Source: Rhizophagus irregularis (lineage: Eukaryota). Taken from it: DNA of 64,000 nt. Shown in pieces: positions 1-11,691 of this stretch. The DNA lies in NCBI RefSeq assembly GCF_026210795.1, contig NC_089434.1:3782001-3846000 (forward strand). The letters run 5' to 3'. The notes under the pieces were generated by a model, which had not been told where the DNA came from, did no database searches, and saw nothing but the letters and a program-made list of their open reading frames with translations. Position 1 is the stretch's first letter; each line of letters starts with the position of its first letter. A program made the position numbers and the translations under genes.

Positions 1-225
1 AAAAACATCGTCCAAAACATAACTTTAATGATTTCACGCAAAATTTTCCTTTCTTCTTCTAATATTTCCAATGTGCACTTTTAGCTTCACCCCATTTAAT
101 GTACTGTTTTAAATTACGACGTTCTTTAAATCCATTTATCCATTTATTAGGAGCTTTAAATTTATTGACTTCAAACTCCCGTGCAAAATTTAGCTTTTAC
201 ACGTAAAATATCCGTCAGTATTTGG
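1..225 (-). pseudogene. Tigger/pogo (CENP-B-type HTH) transposase relic, running off the window edge
   Basis: Manual minus-strand translation FAREFEVNKFKAPNKWINGFKERRNLKQYIKWGEAKSA..LEILEEERKILREIIK..YVLDDVF resembles the HTH_Tnp_Tc5 end and the region just before the first DDE Asp; frameshifted. Confidence 0.65.
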
Positions 226-646
226 AATAAGGTCTGCACTCTGCAGTAAGTGTGTTTGTTGTTCGAAAGAGCCTTTTCAATTTAAAGAAAACGTGTAGAC
301 TTATAGTATATTTATCGCACATTGAAGATCTGACACACTTTATTACAATTTCGACACAACATATAAATATAATTCGGATCTTTTTCTTGGATACTCTCTA
401 AATGATTCCGGTGAAGTTTTGATTTCATCACATAATAAACGTACAATGTGTATAAACAAATGGAAAATACAAATTGACATTTATTTTTAATTTCAAGTAA
501 AATTTATGAATAATCCGATTTTAACAAGAATCAGAAATAAATATTGTTTGACAATGAACGAAAAATTATTTTTATAAAAGAATTTTAATTTGTAAAAGGA
601 ATTAATTTATAGTTAATTGGTTGGTTTAATTTATTTTTAATATCAC

Positions 647-738
647 CCCTATAAAAAATTTATCAGAAAAATGATCACGTGTCTGAGTTTCTTCGAAACA
701 AAAACTAGAAAAACGATCATTTATCAGAGTTTTTTACC
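647..738. mobile_element. CCCTATA-terminal MITE-like element
   Basis: Begins CCCTATAAAAAA; about 45 bp match the reverse complement of the right half of the 25126-25215 MITE (GAAACTCAGACAYGTGATCATTTTTCTGA). Confidence 0.5.
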
Positions 739-1569
739 GTTGCAAGCCTGTAATTAAACGATGTATTCACCTCTTCTAAGTAAAAATAAAAAACAATAAA
801 TATTTATCGGATTTTTTCCAGAATTTATAAAGCATGATACTTGAAAATTTTTTTTTCCACCACGTAAATAAATCGACAAGCGGAGCTGATGTGAATTGAC
901 AATGGTATGAAACAGACGAAGGTAACTCATAAAAAATAGTTTAAATTTCAACGAACTAAAGGGCAGGATGAATTAATAGGTAAAGATGATCTTCGGAGAA
1001 CTCGGAAGATGCCAATCAATAACGCTACTAATTATTTTCAGAGGATGTTCAATTTTTTGAAGCGAGGGAAAGTCTAACGGGTTCGACGGTTAATAAAAAT
1101 AATTTAGTTACAGATCTTAACAAATTGAATTCATAATTTAGTGGTATAATCAAAATATTAATGTGAATGGAGAAGGATCAAAAGGTAAAGGTAAAGAGGT
1201 TGAGACGGATAATGATAAATTAAATGCAAACAAAAAACGCGCAAACTCAGGGAAGTAGGGATGATAGTAATAGTGAGTAATCATGCAATAAAGTAATCTT
1301 TTATACTGTAGCTTACTTAGTCACAATACAGTTAGGTTTTTGTAGAATTTCTTTTGTATTAGTTTAAATACTTTATTGAGATGATGTATTTACGTCTATA
1401 TTGAAATTAATTACGTTCTGTAATTACTCCAATAAAATTTTTATAAAAAAAAAATGGTCAAAAGCTTCCGTATACAAAACGTGTTTTGCAAGATATGGAA
1501 TTGTATTTCAAAATGTATCTAGCCGTATCTCTCAGTATAAAAAACGTATCTACTTTTTTTATAGGGATT

Positions 1570-2056
1570 AGAAACTTAACTATAAAAATTGTGGTGCTAA
1601 AATTGTGCAAATTTGAACAACTGAAAATGAAAAAAATCGGTTAACATGTGTTCTTAGAGTTCTTGCAGATGGTACAAACTTACCACCAACTGTCATTTTT
1701 AAAGATAAGCAAATGCCAAGGAATTTATCTTTAAAGATAGACTTCGTGAAAAGTGGAATATCTGGACGAGTTCTGATAAATTTTCTTATACTAAAGGTGG
1801 GAATTTGAGAAAGCCCGAATTTGCAAATGGATACTGAGACATGACGGAAATTCCAAAAGAAATGATTGTAAAGTCATTTAAAAAATAAAAAATGCGGTAT
1901 TAGTAACGCGATGGATGGGTCAGAAGATGATTTGTTTGGACAAGATAAAAGAGGAGGAATTTGATGAAAACGAAAAAGAAATTATAGATATAGATAGTGA
2001 TTCGGCTGATGAATTAGATGAATTGGAAGATGATGAACTAAATAATGATTTGTATT
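1570..2056 (+). pseudogene. pogo-type DDE_1 transposase relic (internally deleted)
   Basis: Translates to TTENEKNRLTCVLRVLADGTNLPPTVIFK...YTKGGNLRKP...EIPKEMIVKSFK(K)CGISNAMDGSEDDLF plus an acidic tail; stops and frameshifts; pogo-like TACGGTA end near 2145. Confidence 0.8.
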
Positions 2057-2300
2057 AAAAATAAAAATTTTAAAATATGAAATATAATAAAAATTTTTTT
2101 TTCAAATTTGGGTGGTTCTTATTCAGAAGACGGAAGGATACGGTAATTATTTTCACATTATTAGACAAATAAAATAATGAATTTTTTTTTATTATTCTTA
2201 TATTAATTTATTATTTTGAATGAAGTCAGATGATACAACTGAATATCACAGTGATTTATGTTAACTTATTTAGAAGAATTTTTCTAAGGGGTGATAACTG

Positions 2301-2400
2301 AAATTATGATGATCGACCAGCATTAAAAAAATATAGTGCCGGTAAAAATTGATGATTCTGGCCAACGGTGATGATTACCCCCGGTGATTTGAAGTAAAAA
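2301..2400. repeat. ~100-bp dispersed repeat with an inverted copy at 58633-58730
   Basis: Its reverse complement aligns to 58633-58730 with few mismatches (CATCACCGTTGGCCAGAAT..CCGGCACT..AATGCTGGTCGAT). Confidence 0.85.
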
Positions 2401-2541
2401 TCTATTTAGAAAATACTTTTTACATTAATTTATCATACAGCATTCTGTATTTATTGATAAAAGTATATTATACTTAAAAGAAAATTTAGCATAATCTTAT
2501 TTGTTCATATTTAAATTAGAAATTGAAAGTTATTTTTTAAT

Positions 2542-3021
2542 CTACGATCCTGATCTTAGTTCATCTTGCATCGCGGATTCATGAACAGCCTTCATCATGT
2601 CATTTTGACCTTTACGTCGCAGAGAAAATCCATTCCTTCTAATAAACCCATAAAGCCAACGTTCTGAGGCAAGAAAATTTTCACCATCTGGATAAACTTG
2701 GGCAAACTCTCCGATTAAAACTTCTTTCATATAAAATTTAGCCACTTTAGAAGTCACTGCAATACCATCATTTTGAAGTTCTATAAGCCAATTTTTTAAA
2801 CTAGCTTCAGCTTCAGGATAATTTGCTTTTCTTCCTGCACCAATACGTCGACTTTCCCCTTTTGCCGACTTAAGTTTATCTTCCCGATTTTTCCAACGTG
2901 ATATCATTGAATGATCAATAGAAAAATGACGTGCAGCTTCTCTTTGACCATGATTTTTTGCATATTTCAAAATCTTAAGTTTTTCACTGGCAGAATATGA
3001 TGACCTTCGAATTTTTGACAT
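2542..3021 (-). CDS. pogo-derived DNA-binding protein (Brinker-like HTH + CENP-B/Tc5 HTH) without a DDE domain, 159 aa
   Basis: Uninterrupted ORF from MSKIRRSSYSASEKLKIL..AARHFSIDHSMISRW to YPEAEASLKNW..FLASERWLYGFIRRNGFSLRRK; ends 22 aa after the HTH. Confidence 0.7.
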   Translation of the reverse strand: MSKIRRSSYSASEKLKILKYAKNHGQREAARHFSIDHSMISRWKNREDKLKSAKGESRRIGAGRKANYPEAEASLKNWLIELQNDGIAVTSKVAKFYMKEVLIGEFAQVYPDGENFLASERWLYGFIRRNGFSLRRKGQNDMMKAVHESAMQDELRSGS

Positions 3022-5440
3022 CGTGCGTGGAAAAAATGTATGTAAAATAAGGGTAAAGTCGAATATATATAGATTTATGTAATATAAAAATTTTTCAAAG
3101 CACAAAATAAATTTTTTCTATGTATAAAAAAAAACTACAGAATTTCTTTAAAAAAGTGGTTCTTAGGATATGGGTTAGTCAATTGCGAATTTCTAATTTT
3201 TTTAATTGAAAGATATAAATAAAGAGATTATTTTTATCATGAATACTATCCTAAATATCGTGTGATTTCAATGATAATCGTAGTCTTGTGGCTTGTGGCT
3301 TATGTGGCTTTGTAATAATAGTAATTAGTTGGTGCGAAGCTGATCCGTCCGGCACGTAACGATGTACAACAATAAAACATATAAGCAACACTTCGGGCTT
3401 ATAACCGCTTACCGTTTCCCGACAGCCTAACGCTGGCCATTTGATCACGTGTTCTAACATAACTCTGCATAACTCTGGCGAAACCTGTCGGGCAAATGTC
3501 CTGTAAGGAAATCCTTATATTTCCGTGTTTATTTTCTTTTTTATTCCATAAATGTATCATATCCACGGAGTTTTTATAGAAAATGCGGATAAATTTTTTT
3601 TACAGGGAATATTTAAATGTACTTTTCAGCCATAAAAAGAATAAAAATAAAATAATAATAATAATAATAAAAGAATTAAAATGATGACCAAATTAAGTAT
3701 AGACGTTCTATAAAAATACTCTGTCTTTAGTAAATGAAACTTGGAATGAGATTATTTTTCTAATTCTATGAAAAAATCCTTGGGAATATCTAATATACTG
3801 AAAGAGGAAATTTCGAGATTTAATTATTTTACCTTTATCAAGTGAATCAAGAAATAAATTAAAAAATCAACATTTGGATAACCTTAGATATAGAAATGCG
3901 CTTTCACTTGCTACTGATACTAATGCTAACAACACTACATAAACAAAAACGAGTTGAAAGCACATGAAAGATGATTAGTGATGAAACAGCTTTCCACTTA
4001 TACTGTAACACCATAAAGCATTGGTGTAAAAACGCAAGGCAATCCTATACAGAAATTTTAGAAAGACATATCCTAAAAGTGTGCAATATGTTACGAGGTA
4101 GATGGTGGCTGCAACAAGTGAACAAGATAATACTAAGCATACCAGTCGTATTGCTAGGAAATTTCTTGATAATAATGCTAATAGTTCAGACCTAAATAAA
4201 TCCTACTGAAAATCTTTAAGCAATCATAAAAAAAACGTGAAGCAAAAAAATCTTAGTGAATCGGAGCATTTTTGGAGTAGCGAAATATCTTAAATAGCCT
4301 TCTAATTAATCTTATTAATCTTGTAAACTAAATGCTACGGCGTTGTAGAGAGGTTATTGAAAAAGTTGGTGGAAAAATATTATATTAATTTTTATGATAA
4401 AGTTAACATGATCATGAAAAATAGTCATTTTTTTACATATTACTGTAAAATGACGAATTGAAGAATAAATTAAGATTGTTATGTGCGTACGTGCATTTTT
4501 TTCAAGTTAATTCGAAAGTTTCTTACACATTAAGATCGAGATTATTAATCCGCAAATTTTAGATATTATTTTTTACCTTAATAAAATTGTTAAATTTAAA
4601 AATTAAAGGTTTGTTTTTATTAGAGATAAAATCTAATATAATTGAAGTATTCTTTCGGAATGTCTGTTTTGTGTGATATATGAAGTTGATGGTAGCTATG
4701 GTATTGTTATGCAGTAAAATGTTGCGCAGTAATCACATGATATAACTGGACCCGTGATGCCGATCAATATAGCAAATGTCGAACATGTTCGATATGTTGC
4801 ATATGTCCGATATATAGAACATATAGTATATATGGGTTATTATGCAGCCAAATAGGATCATGTTGTTTTTAACATACTGATATTTTTTAAATAAATTATT
4901 ATTGAGTAAATATCTCTGATATTTTTGACGCATTGCGTCATATAGATTATTATCACACATTTACTATGCTTTTCATATGGAATTGTACAATTATTGTAAG
5001 ATTTATTACATTTAATAAACAGAAATTGTACAATTTTTATATTTTAAATTTGTAACTATTATTTATTTCAATTTTTAAATTTAGTTGAAAAAATAATTAT
5101 ATTAATGATTTTCGCGTTATAAAAATATGTATCACGTCAGTATGTGATATAATCCGCAGTTCGATGATGATCAACTTTTTCATTTTAAACTTTTTTTTCT
5201 TTTAAACTTTTTTTTTTCTTTTAAGCTTTTTTTTCTTTAAACTTTTTTTTTCTTTTAAACTTTTTTTTTAAACTTTTTTTTTACATTCTTCCCTTTTCCT
5301 TCAGTTCGTTCGCCCTTTCACTTCCCTTTGTACTTCCCTTCGTCTCTCCCTCGTTCTTTCCTTTTCATTTCCTCCCTTTTTCCTTTACTTTACATTTCCC
5401 TTCTCTTTTCTTTCTCTTTTCCCGCTTCTCTCGCACTTTT

Positions 5441-6115
5441 TGTTGAAGAAATCTTAAGCGTTTCTCTCCTTTGGTGCAAATTTCTGGTAAGTTCATCTTT
5501 TTTTTAATTGTTTAATTTTAATGAACAATTTCTAATAGTTGTTTTTCTTACTTTTTTTTTAGACTTTGAGTATTTGGACGTGTGGGAATAATGGTGGGAG
5601 ATTTTTTTTCTTAAATTTTAATTATCTATTTTAACAATTTTTTCTCTTTTTTTTAGATGCTTCTTACGGTCTTGTTGGATGTGGAATTTTGGCGTAACAA
5701 TTCAGTAGGGTAGAGGTTTTTTTTGAATTATTCTTTGCCGAAACATTTCCTAACACTTTTATTTTTCTTCTTTTAGGCAGCTCTTCAGCTCTTTGGGCAG
5801 GGACTTTAGTGGGAGTATTATTTTTTTTTAGTTTCTTCTAAAAATGGTGGTTACTTATTTCTTTTTCTTTTTTAGGTGGCTTTTTGGTCTCCTGGACATG
5901 ACATCTTGTAAATTTTCAAATTTTTCCTTTAATATTAACAAACAGATATTAATAGTTCTTTTTTTTATAGATATTTCTTCAAATCTCTTTGGATACCATT
6001 ATGGTAAGTTGTTTTTTTCGTCTTAGTTTATTTATTATGATGAAATGTATATTGATGTTTCAAATTCTATCTTTTTTTTTAGACGGGTCTAGGCGCATGG
6101 GAAAGGAAATCAGAC
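5441..6115 (+). ncRNA. Putative spliced micro-exon non-coding transcript
   Basis: Six GT..polyT-AG intron-like segments (62-79 nt) separate 31-48-nt GC-richer exon-like blocks; the spliced product has early stops in all three frames. Confidence 0.3.
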
Positions 6116-6764
6116 TATATATTTTTTTGAATTTAATTCTTTTAGCAAAATTTTGATAAAATGATTTTTTTTGGCAAAACATTTTATTAACTTTTGCTTT
6201 TTGTCTTTTTTTTTTAAATACCAATGAGGTACCATTTCTTGACTTAGGAATATCGAAGGGTGTCATAACTTAAAAAATGGGAGGTATATTCACAGTAATG
6301 TACAAAAACAATTTGGAGTTGACTTTTACATTTATGGAAACTGTAATCCCAAACCAAGTGGCCAAAGACGAACCAGAAATTCTCAGCAAACCAAAGATAT
6401 TCTATAGATCATTATATAAGTCTTTGACAAGTACAATAAAGTACACAATATCATCCAATTTTGAAAGAGGCAATAGCTCATTTTACGATCAAAAATTTCT
6501 TAGGCGGAAATTTATTGTAGTAGTAAGACCATATCTTGTTCTGCTATGTCAAATCCATATATTGTATAATTTATCATATTTTTTTAACTTAATTTTTTTT
6601 ATATTCCATTCTACCTTATATTATTTTTAATTTTTTTCACCAATTTAGATCATTGAATAAAGACATCAATCCTCATATATTTTTTATAAATTTTAATAGA
6701 TTGTATTTCATATATACACAGTAATTCGTATATGAATAATAAATCAAACATGTAAAAATAATAT

Positions 6765-7255
6765 ACAAATTTATTCTAAATGTTACATAAAAACATTGCA
6801 AGTTTATGACGAATTTACTTTGAATTCTATATAAAACATTACAAGTTTACTACAAATTGTTTACAAATACTGTACAAATGGATGCTCATAATCATATTAA
6901 ATTTGTAACTTACATTTTTTATACAAAAAATCAACATAAACTTTTTACTGGGGATCTTGGATGTCTGCATAATAACACAGTTATTAGGTAGGGGGGTTAA
7001 AATATCATCTGAACTGCTTTGCAGTTCGGTGATATTTCAACTCACCTACCCAATAACTATTATATATATAGACCCAATAAAAAGTTTTTGTTGGGTTTTT
7101 GTGAAAAAAATGTAAAATAAGTTAATATAACAAATTTAGTACAATTATGAGCATCCATTTGTACAATATCTGTAATGTTTTTGTATGGTATTTGAAATAA
7201 ATTTGTTATAAACATGCATTATTTTTATATAGCATTTGAAAGTAATTAATTGTAA
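6765..7255. repeat. Long imperfect palindrome (foldback)
   Basis: Centre GAACTGC-TTT-GCAGTTC at ~7011-7027; arms include TGTACAAATGGATGCTCATAAT (6871-6892) and ATTATGAGCATCCATTTGTACA (~7143-7164). Confidence 0.85.
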
Positions 7256-7274
7256 ATTTGCAATAGACTTGCAC

Positions 7275-7547
7275 TTTATATTTGTGTTTTTGGTTAAGAG
7301 CACCAATAAAACTGAGAGAAATTACCCAATTACAGATTTAGAATGTTTAGTAATATATAGTATATGGAGTTGAATATTTCCATAAATTTCTGATAAATAA
7401 AAGATTTAAGATAATTACTAATCATGCAGCACTTAAAAGTTTAGTAAATGAGAAAATTCCAAAAGGAAGGTGTGTCAGATGGATAATGAAATTGTAACAA
7501 TATGATTTCTTTGTAGAATATAGACCAGGGAATATAAATGATAATTA
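7275..7547 (+). pseudogene. Ty3/gypsy RT-associated RNase H
   Basis: KTERNYPITDLECLVI..GVEYFHKFLINKRFKIITNHAALKSL..PKGRCVRWIMKL*QYDFFVEYRPG. Confidence 0.9.
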
Positions 7548-8128
7548 AAATCAATTAAATTAGTGTAATAAACAAATTAAAAGCCCAAGTCATATTGAAT
7601 ATTTAATGAAATAAAATTAGTAATGAAACACTCCTTGGCATAAAAGAATTTTTGAATTTCTAGATAGAAAATCAGAATTTAAAATAGAACAATCAAAACC
7701 CAATTTTGGTATTATTCTGATAAAATAAACAAATTATCACAAGAAGAGTTTGTTTATTTAGAGATGTAAACAATAATTTAAAAGATACACCAAGATCATT
7801 TAAAGATGCACCAGTAAAATTGATGATGATCATTTAACTGCAGGAAGAGAATTTATTATAAAAAGACAACATTCAGGATAATAGAACAATATCATACAAA
7901 TCTTAATTTTAATAATAAACTAATCACTTTTTCAAGAAACCAAAACCCAAAACCTGAAAACCAAAATCTGAAACCCAAAACCTAAAACCCAAATTAAAAA
8001 TAAATTCAACTGTTGAGCAACTCAAGGAAGTTCTTAACTAATCCAACCCTCAAAACTTTAAAATTAGGACTGATTTAAATTAAAAATGTAAGAGATGTTT
8101 AGAAAGATGTTAACAAAACTATTACAGC

Positions 8129-9255
8129 TTGGATAGGGAATATGGAGAACTAAAAGCTGTAATAAGTAACCTTCAAAAACACAAAGAACCTATTGAATGT
8201 TTCAAGCATTTAACCGTAACTTATCACCCTCCATATAATTGTAATAAATCTAAATGCACAAGATGTGGATCTTGGGTACACAGTAAAGAAGTGTGTAATG
8301 ACAAATTATACTATTGGAATAGGTTATATTTGTGCAAGTGTGATGGAGAATGGTGTAAAAGACAAAGATCAGAAGCCCAATCCAAGGGAAGCAATCATTG
8401 TTGTACCTGCCAAAACCAGTTATCTTTTATGAAGCCTATATTAACTATAATATTTGAAAGTTAGGATGTAATGAATGCTATAAAAATAGTATTAATAATA
8501 AATAGACCATCCACTCCAGATACTGATGAAAGTAATAAAAAGCCCAAATTTAATATACCAGAACCAGAAGACCCCATGGAAGAAATGGAGTTAGATCTAC
8601 CCAAACCCAACAAAGGAAAAAGAAAGCAGGAATATCCTAAAATTAGATGCACAAATTGTGATAGGGAAGAAAGCCCACCAATTATATTAACAATTTAGGC
8701 ATTTGCCCTAAATATAATGAGAAGAGAGAAAGATTAGAATTGATAGGAAGTACCTCTTGCATAAAACTTGTACAGTCTGTCAATTAAAAACTGATGATTT
8801 TGAATCATGATCATCAGGAGCAATAGTCTGCAGGAAAAAATATAATGGTGTATTAACCATTAAGAATATGGTTAACAAAGACAAATCAGAAAAGCCCCAA
8901 CTCCAATCAATACAGGAAAAGTTAAGGATTTGGATAGACAGATATGGATATGACCTAGAGGATGAAGATGGCAGAAAGGAAGAACAAAATATATTCAGAA
9001 GCATGTCCAAAAAAATACAAAAATATTTTAATAAGGAATTTAAAGGAAGGATATTTTCTGAATATCCAAAAGAAGAAATTGAGAAGGCGTTAGATTATGT
9101 AGTCCTCCAGAAATAACAGATATAATAGCTGAACATATAGAAGAAAAGGAATTAATCCAAGTTGAATATATCAGGACTATTGATGATATTATTGGATGAA
9201 CTGAAGAAATCCAACAACCATAGGAAATGAATGGAGAATTTGTATGGCCAGAAGA
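8129..9255 (+). pseudogene. Cys-rich accessory ORF with CCHC zinc knuckle (fragmented)
   Basis: CTRCGSWVHSKEVC (CX2CX4HX4C), then LCKC..C..HCCTC and RCTNC; broken into successive ORFs starting at 8129, 8471 and 8868. Confidence 0.55.
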
Positions 9256-9735
9256 AGAACCAATGAAAGGCCCACCTCTACAATAAACATAATTCAAAAA
9301 ATAAACTCCACTGATAATAGAATAATTGAACTTCAAAACCATATTGCAAAATTGAAAAATGAAATTGGAACAAAAGATCAAATGAATGAAGGCTTAAGAA
9401 GACAATTAGAAGAAACTCAAGCCCAACTTAATGAAATAGAGAGAATGTGTAATGAAAATGCAGCCATGGTAATGAATGCCCAAGAGTGGATAAATTATTT
9501 CAAGATCAAGTATGAAAGAAGAAACAAATATGTAAATGAGTTGAAAAAAAAGGTAATATTTGTTAATGAAATATGTTAACAAAATGAATGATTTGAAAGA
9601 TAGGATAGAAGATTTAGAATGAGAAATAACTTTTGGAAATGAAATATTTGATCAAATGATATATTTCAATATGACAATTAGTTTAGATATAAACATAGAT
9701 CCTTTTATGGAAAGCATAAAACTTTTAAAATGTTA
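9244..9735 (+). pseudogene. Coiled-coil accessory ORF of the retroelement
   Basis: Heptad-like IIELQNHIAKLKNEI..LRRQLEETQAQLNEIERM; continues past in-frame stops. Confidence 0.45.
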
Positions 9736-9889
9736 ATTGAATTTTTATAAATTAAGCCTAATTTTACAATACCAAACTCAAAATTTCAAAATAAAATAAA
9801 AATATGTAAAAATAAAAGATAAATGGCATTTTATTTTATATACTAAAGACTCAAACTTCAAATTCAAATATTTTACAGATAATGAAGCA

Positions 9890-10574
9890 ATGTTACTTAA
9901 ACTAGAAGAAGTAACTAAAGAAATTTTATTAAAACAAAATAATAGGAAAATCCAGCCCATTTTAATAATACTTGATGGAATAGATGGTGTAGGAAAAACT
10001 ACTATAGTAGAAAATATAATTAGGAAAATTGAAGCCCAAAATCTCAAAATTATCTTTAATACTTTCAAAAGAAGAATAAATTATTTGAAACCCCAACTAT
10101 TAAATATGAATGGATATTTCGAAAAGAGGTAGTTGAATAAATTAACAAGAAATTAGTAATATATACCAATAAAGATATAATTATAGTAGATAAATCTCCA
10201 TACTGTGAATATTTTTATCAAAAGATGAGTAGTTTCAATAGAGGAACAATAAAACCTTTGGAAATTTTAAAATGGAACAAGAAATTTTCAAATACAAAGA
10301 TATAATTGATAATGTGATAGTTATATTTTTAGAAAATGACACATGTTGAAAAGATTATATAGAAAGAGAGCTTAAAAAGAATGATGAAGGACATAAATCA
10401 TCATATAATACACTCAAAGAAAATGAGTACATGGAAATGGTTAAGATGTTCAAACAACATTAAACAATATATGAGGATAAAAATATATATAAAGCAGTGA
10501 AAATTCACAATAATAATAAAAGTTGGAAAATTGCTTATAATGAAATTTTGAAAATAATAAAGAATGGAAGCTGA
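9890..10574 (+). pseudogene. Thymidylate kinase / deoxynucleoside kinase-like P-loop protein
   Basis: ILIILDGIDGVGKTT (P-loop); after a frameshift IIIVDKSPYCEYFYQ (equivalent of the DR motif); then VIVIFLE and YIERE (lid-like); ends ILKIIKNGS*. Confidence 0.75.
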
Positions 10575-11691
10575 CGAATATAATGAAATTGTTAAAAATA
10601 TTCATGAAAACCCAAAATTCAAATTGAAAAGAATCCAACTATATAAAGTGAAAGATGGTAAATTACTTAAAGTAATACAAAAATATGAAGTCAAAGGATT
10701 ACTATACATGATGCATAATCACAAATTATCAGCACATTTTGGAATAAAAGCAACCCAAAATAAAATACGAGAAAAGTATTGGTGGATTAAAATGATGAAA
10801 GATATTGAAAATTATGTTAAATTATATGATAGATTCCAAAGGAGGAATAAACCTCAAAAGAAAAATGAATTAAGCCCAATCAGCGTCAAAATCCCATTTT
10901 ATCAAATAGGAATTAATTTTGTAGAACCATTGCCTGCTACATCAATACATAATTGTAGCAATGGATTATTTTACTAAATGGCCAGAAGCAAGAGTGACTA
11001 AAAGTAAGGAATACAGCTGAAGAAGTAGTTAAATTTCTTTATGAAGATATTATATGTAAACATGGTTGTTCACAAAAAATAATTAGTGATGATAGATGCA
11101 AACATTTTGACAATAAGATGGTAGAATTATTAACTAAAAAGTTTGAAATAAAACATAATTTATCAACAAGTTATTATTCCTAAACTAATGGACTAGTAGA
11201 AAGATTTAATAAACACTATGTGAATTATTAGCTAAATTACAAAAAGATAAACAATGGGATGATACCTTTAGTATCAGAAATAAAACCCATTCTTTTACAA
11301 AAACTAAACCATTTATTTAGTATATAGACAAAAAGCTAATTTCATTGGAAAAGAAACCCAAACTACATAAAGATTAGACAAAATTATAGAAGAACTACCT
11401 TTTCAAAGAAACATAGCAAAAGGAGAAATTTTAAGATCTCAGAAGGAATATTATGATGGCAAAGGAAAAGGAAAAGAAGAATTTAAAATAGGTGATGAAG
11501 TATTAAAATATAATGCAGCACAGCAAAATTCTAAATCAAACAAGTTAAATGATAAATGGTCAGAACTATACTTAATACATGAAATATTGTTAAATGAATT
11601 TTACAAATTGAAAGAATTAGATGGAAAGATATTAAGAAATCCCACAAATGGAGAATTATTAAAGAAATATTTTATGAGAAAACTTAAATAA
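10564..11691 (+). pseudogene. Retroviral-type integrase (H2C2 zinc-binding + rve + C-terminal SH3/GPY-F-like region)
   Basis: HNHKLSAHFGIKATQNKIREKYWW; FYQIGINFVEPLP; YIIVAMDYFTKWPEA; IISD; TNGLVERFNK; FKIGDEVL..KW..LY..NGELLKKY; frameshifted. Confidence 0.92.

Noticed and set aside
647..1566. Single 920-bp CCC..GGG element
   Set aside because: The flanks (CAC versus ATT) give no TSD, and the two ends resemble different subfamilies
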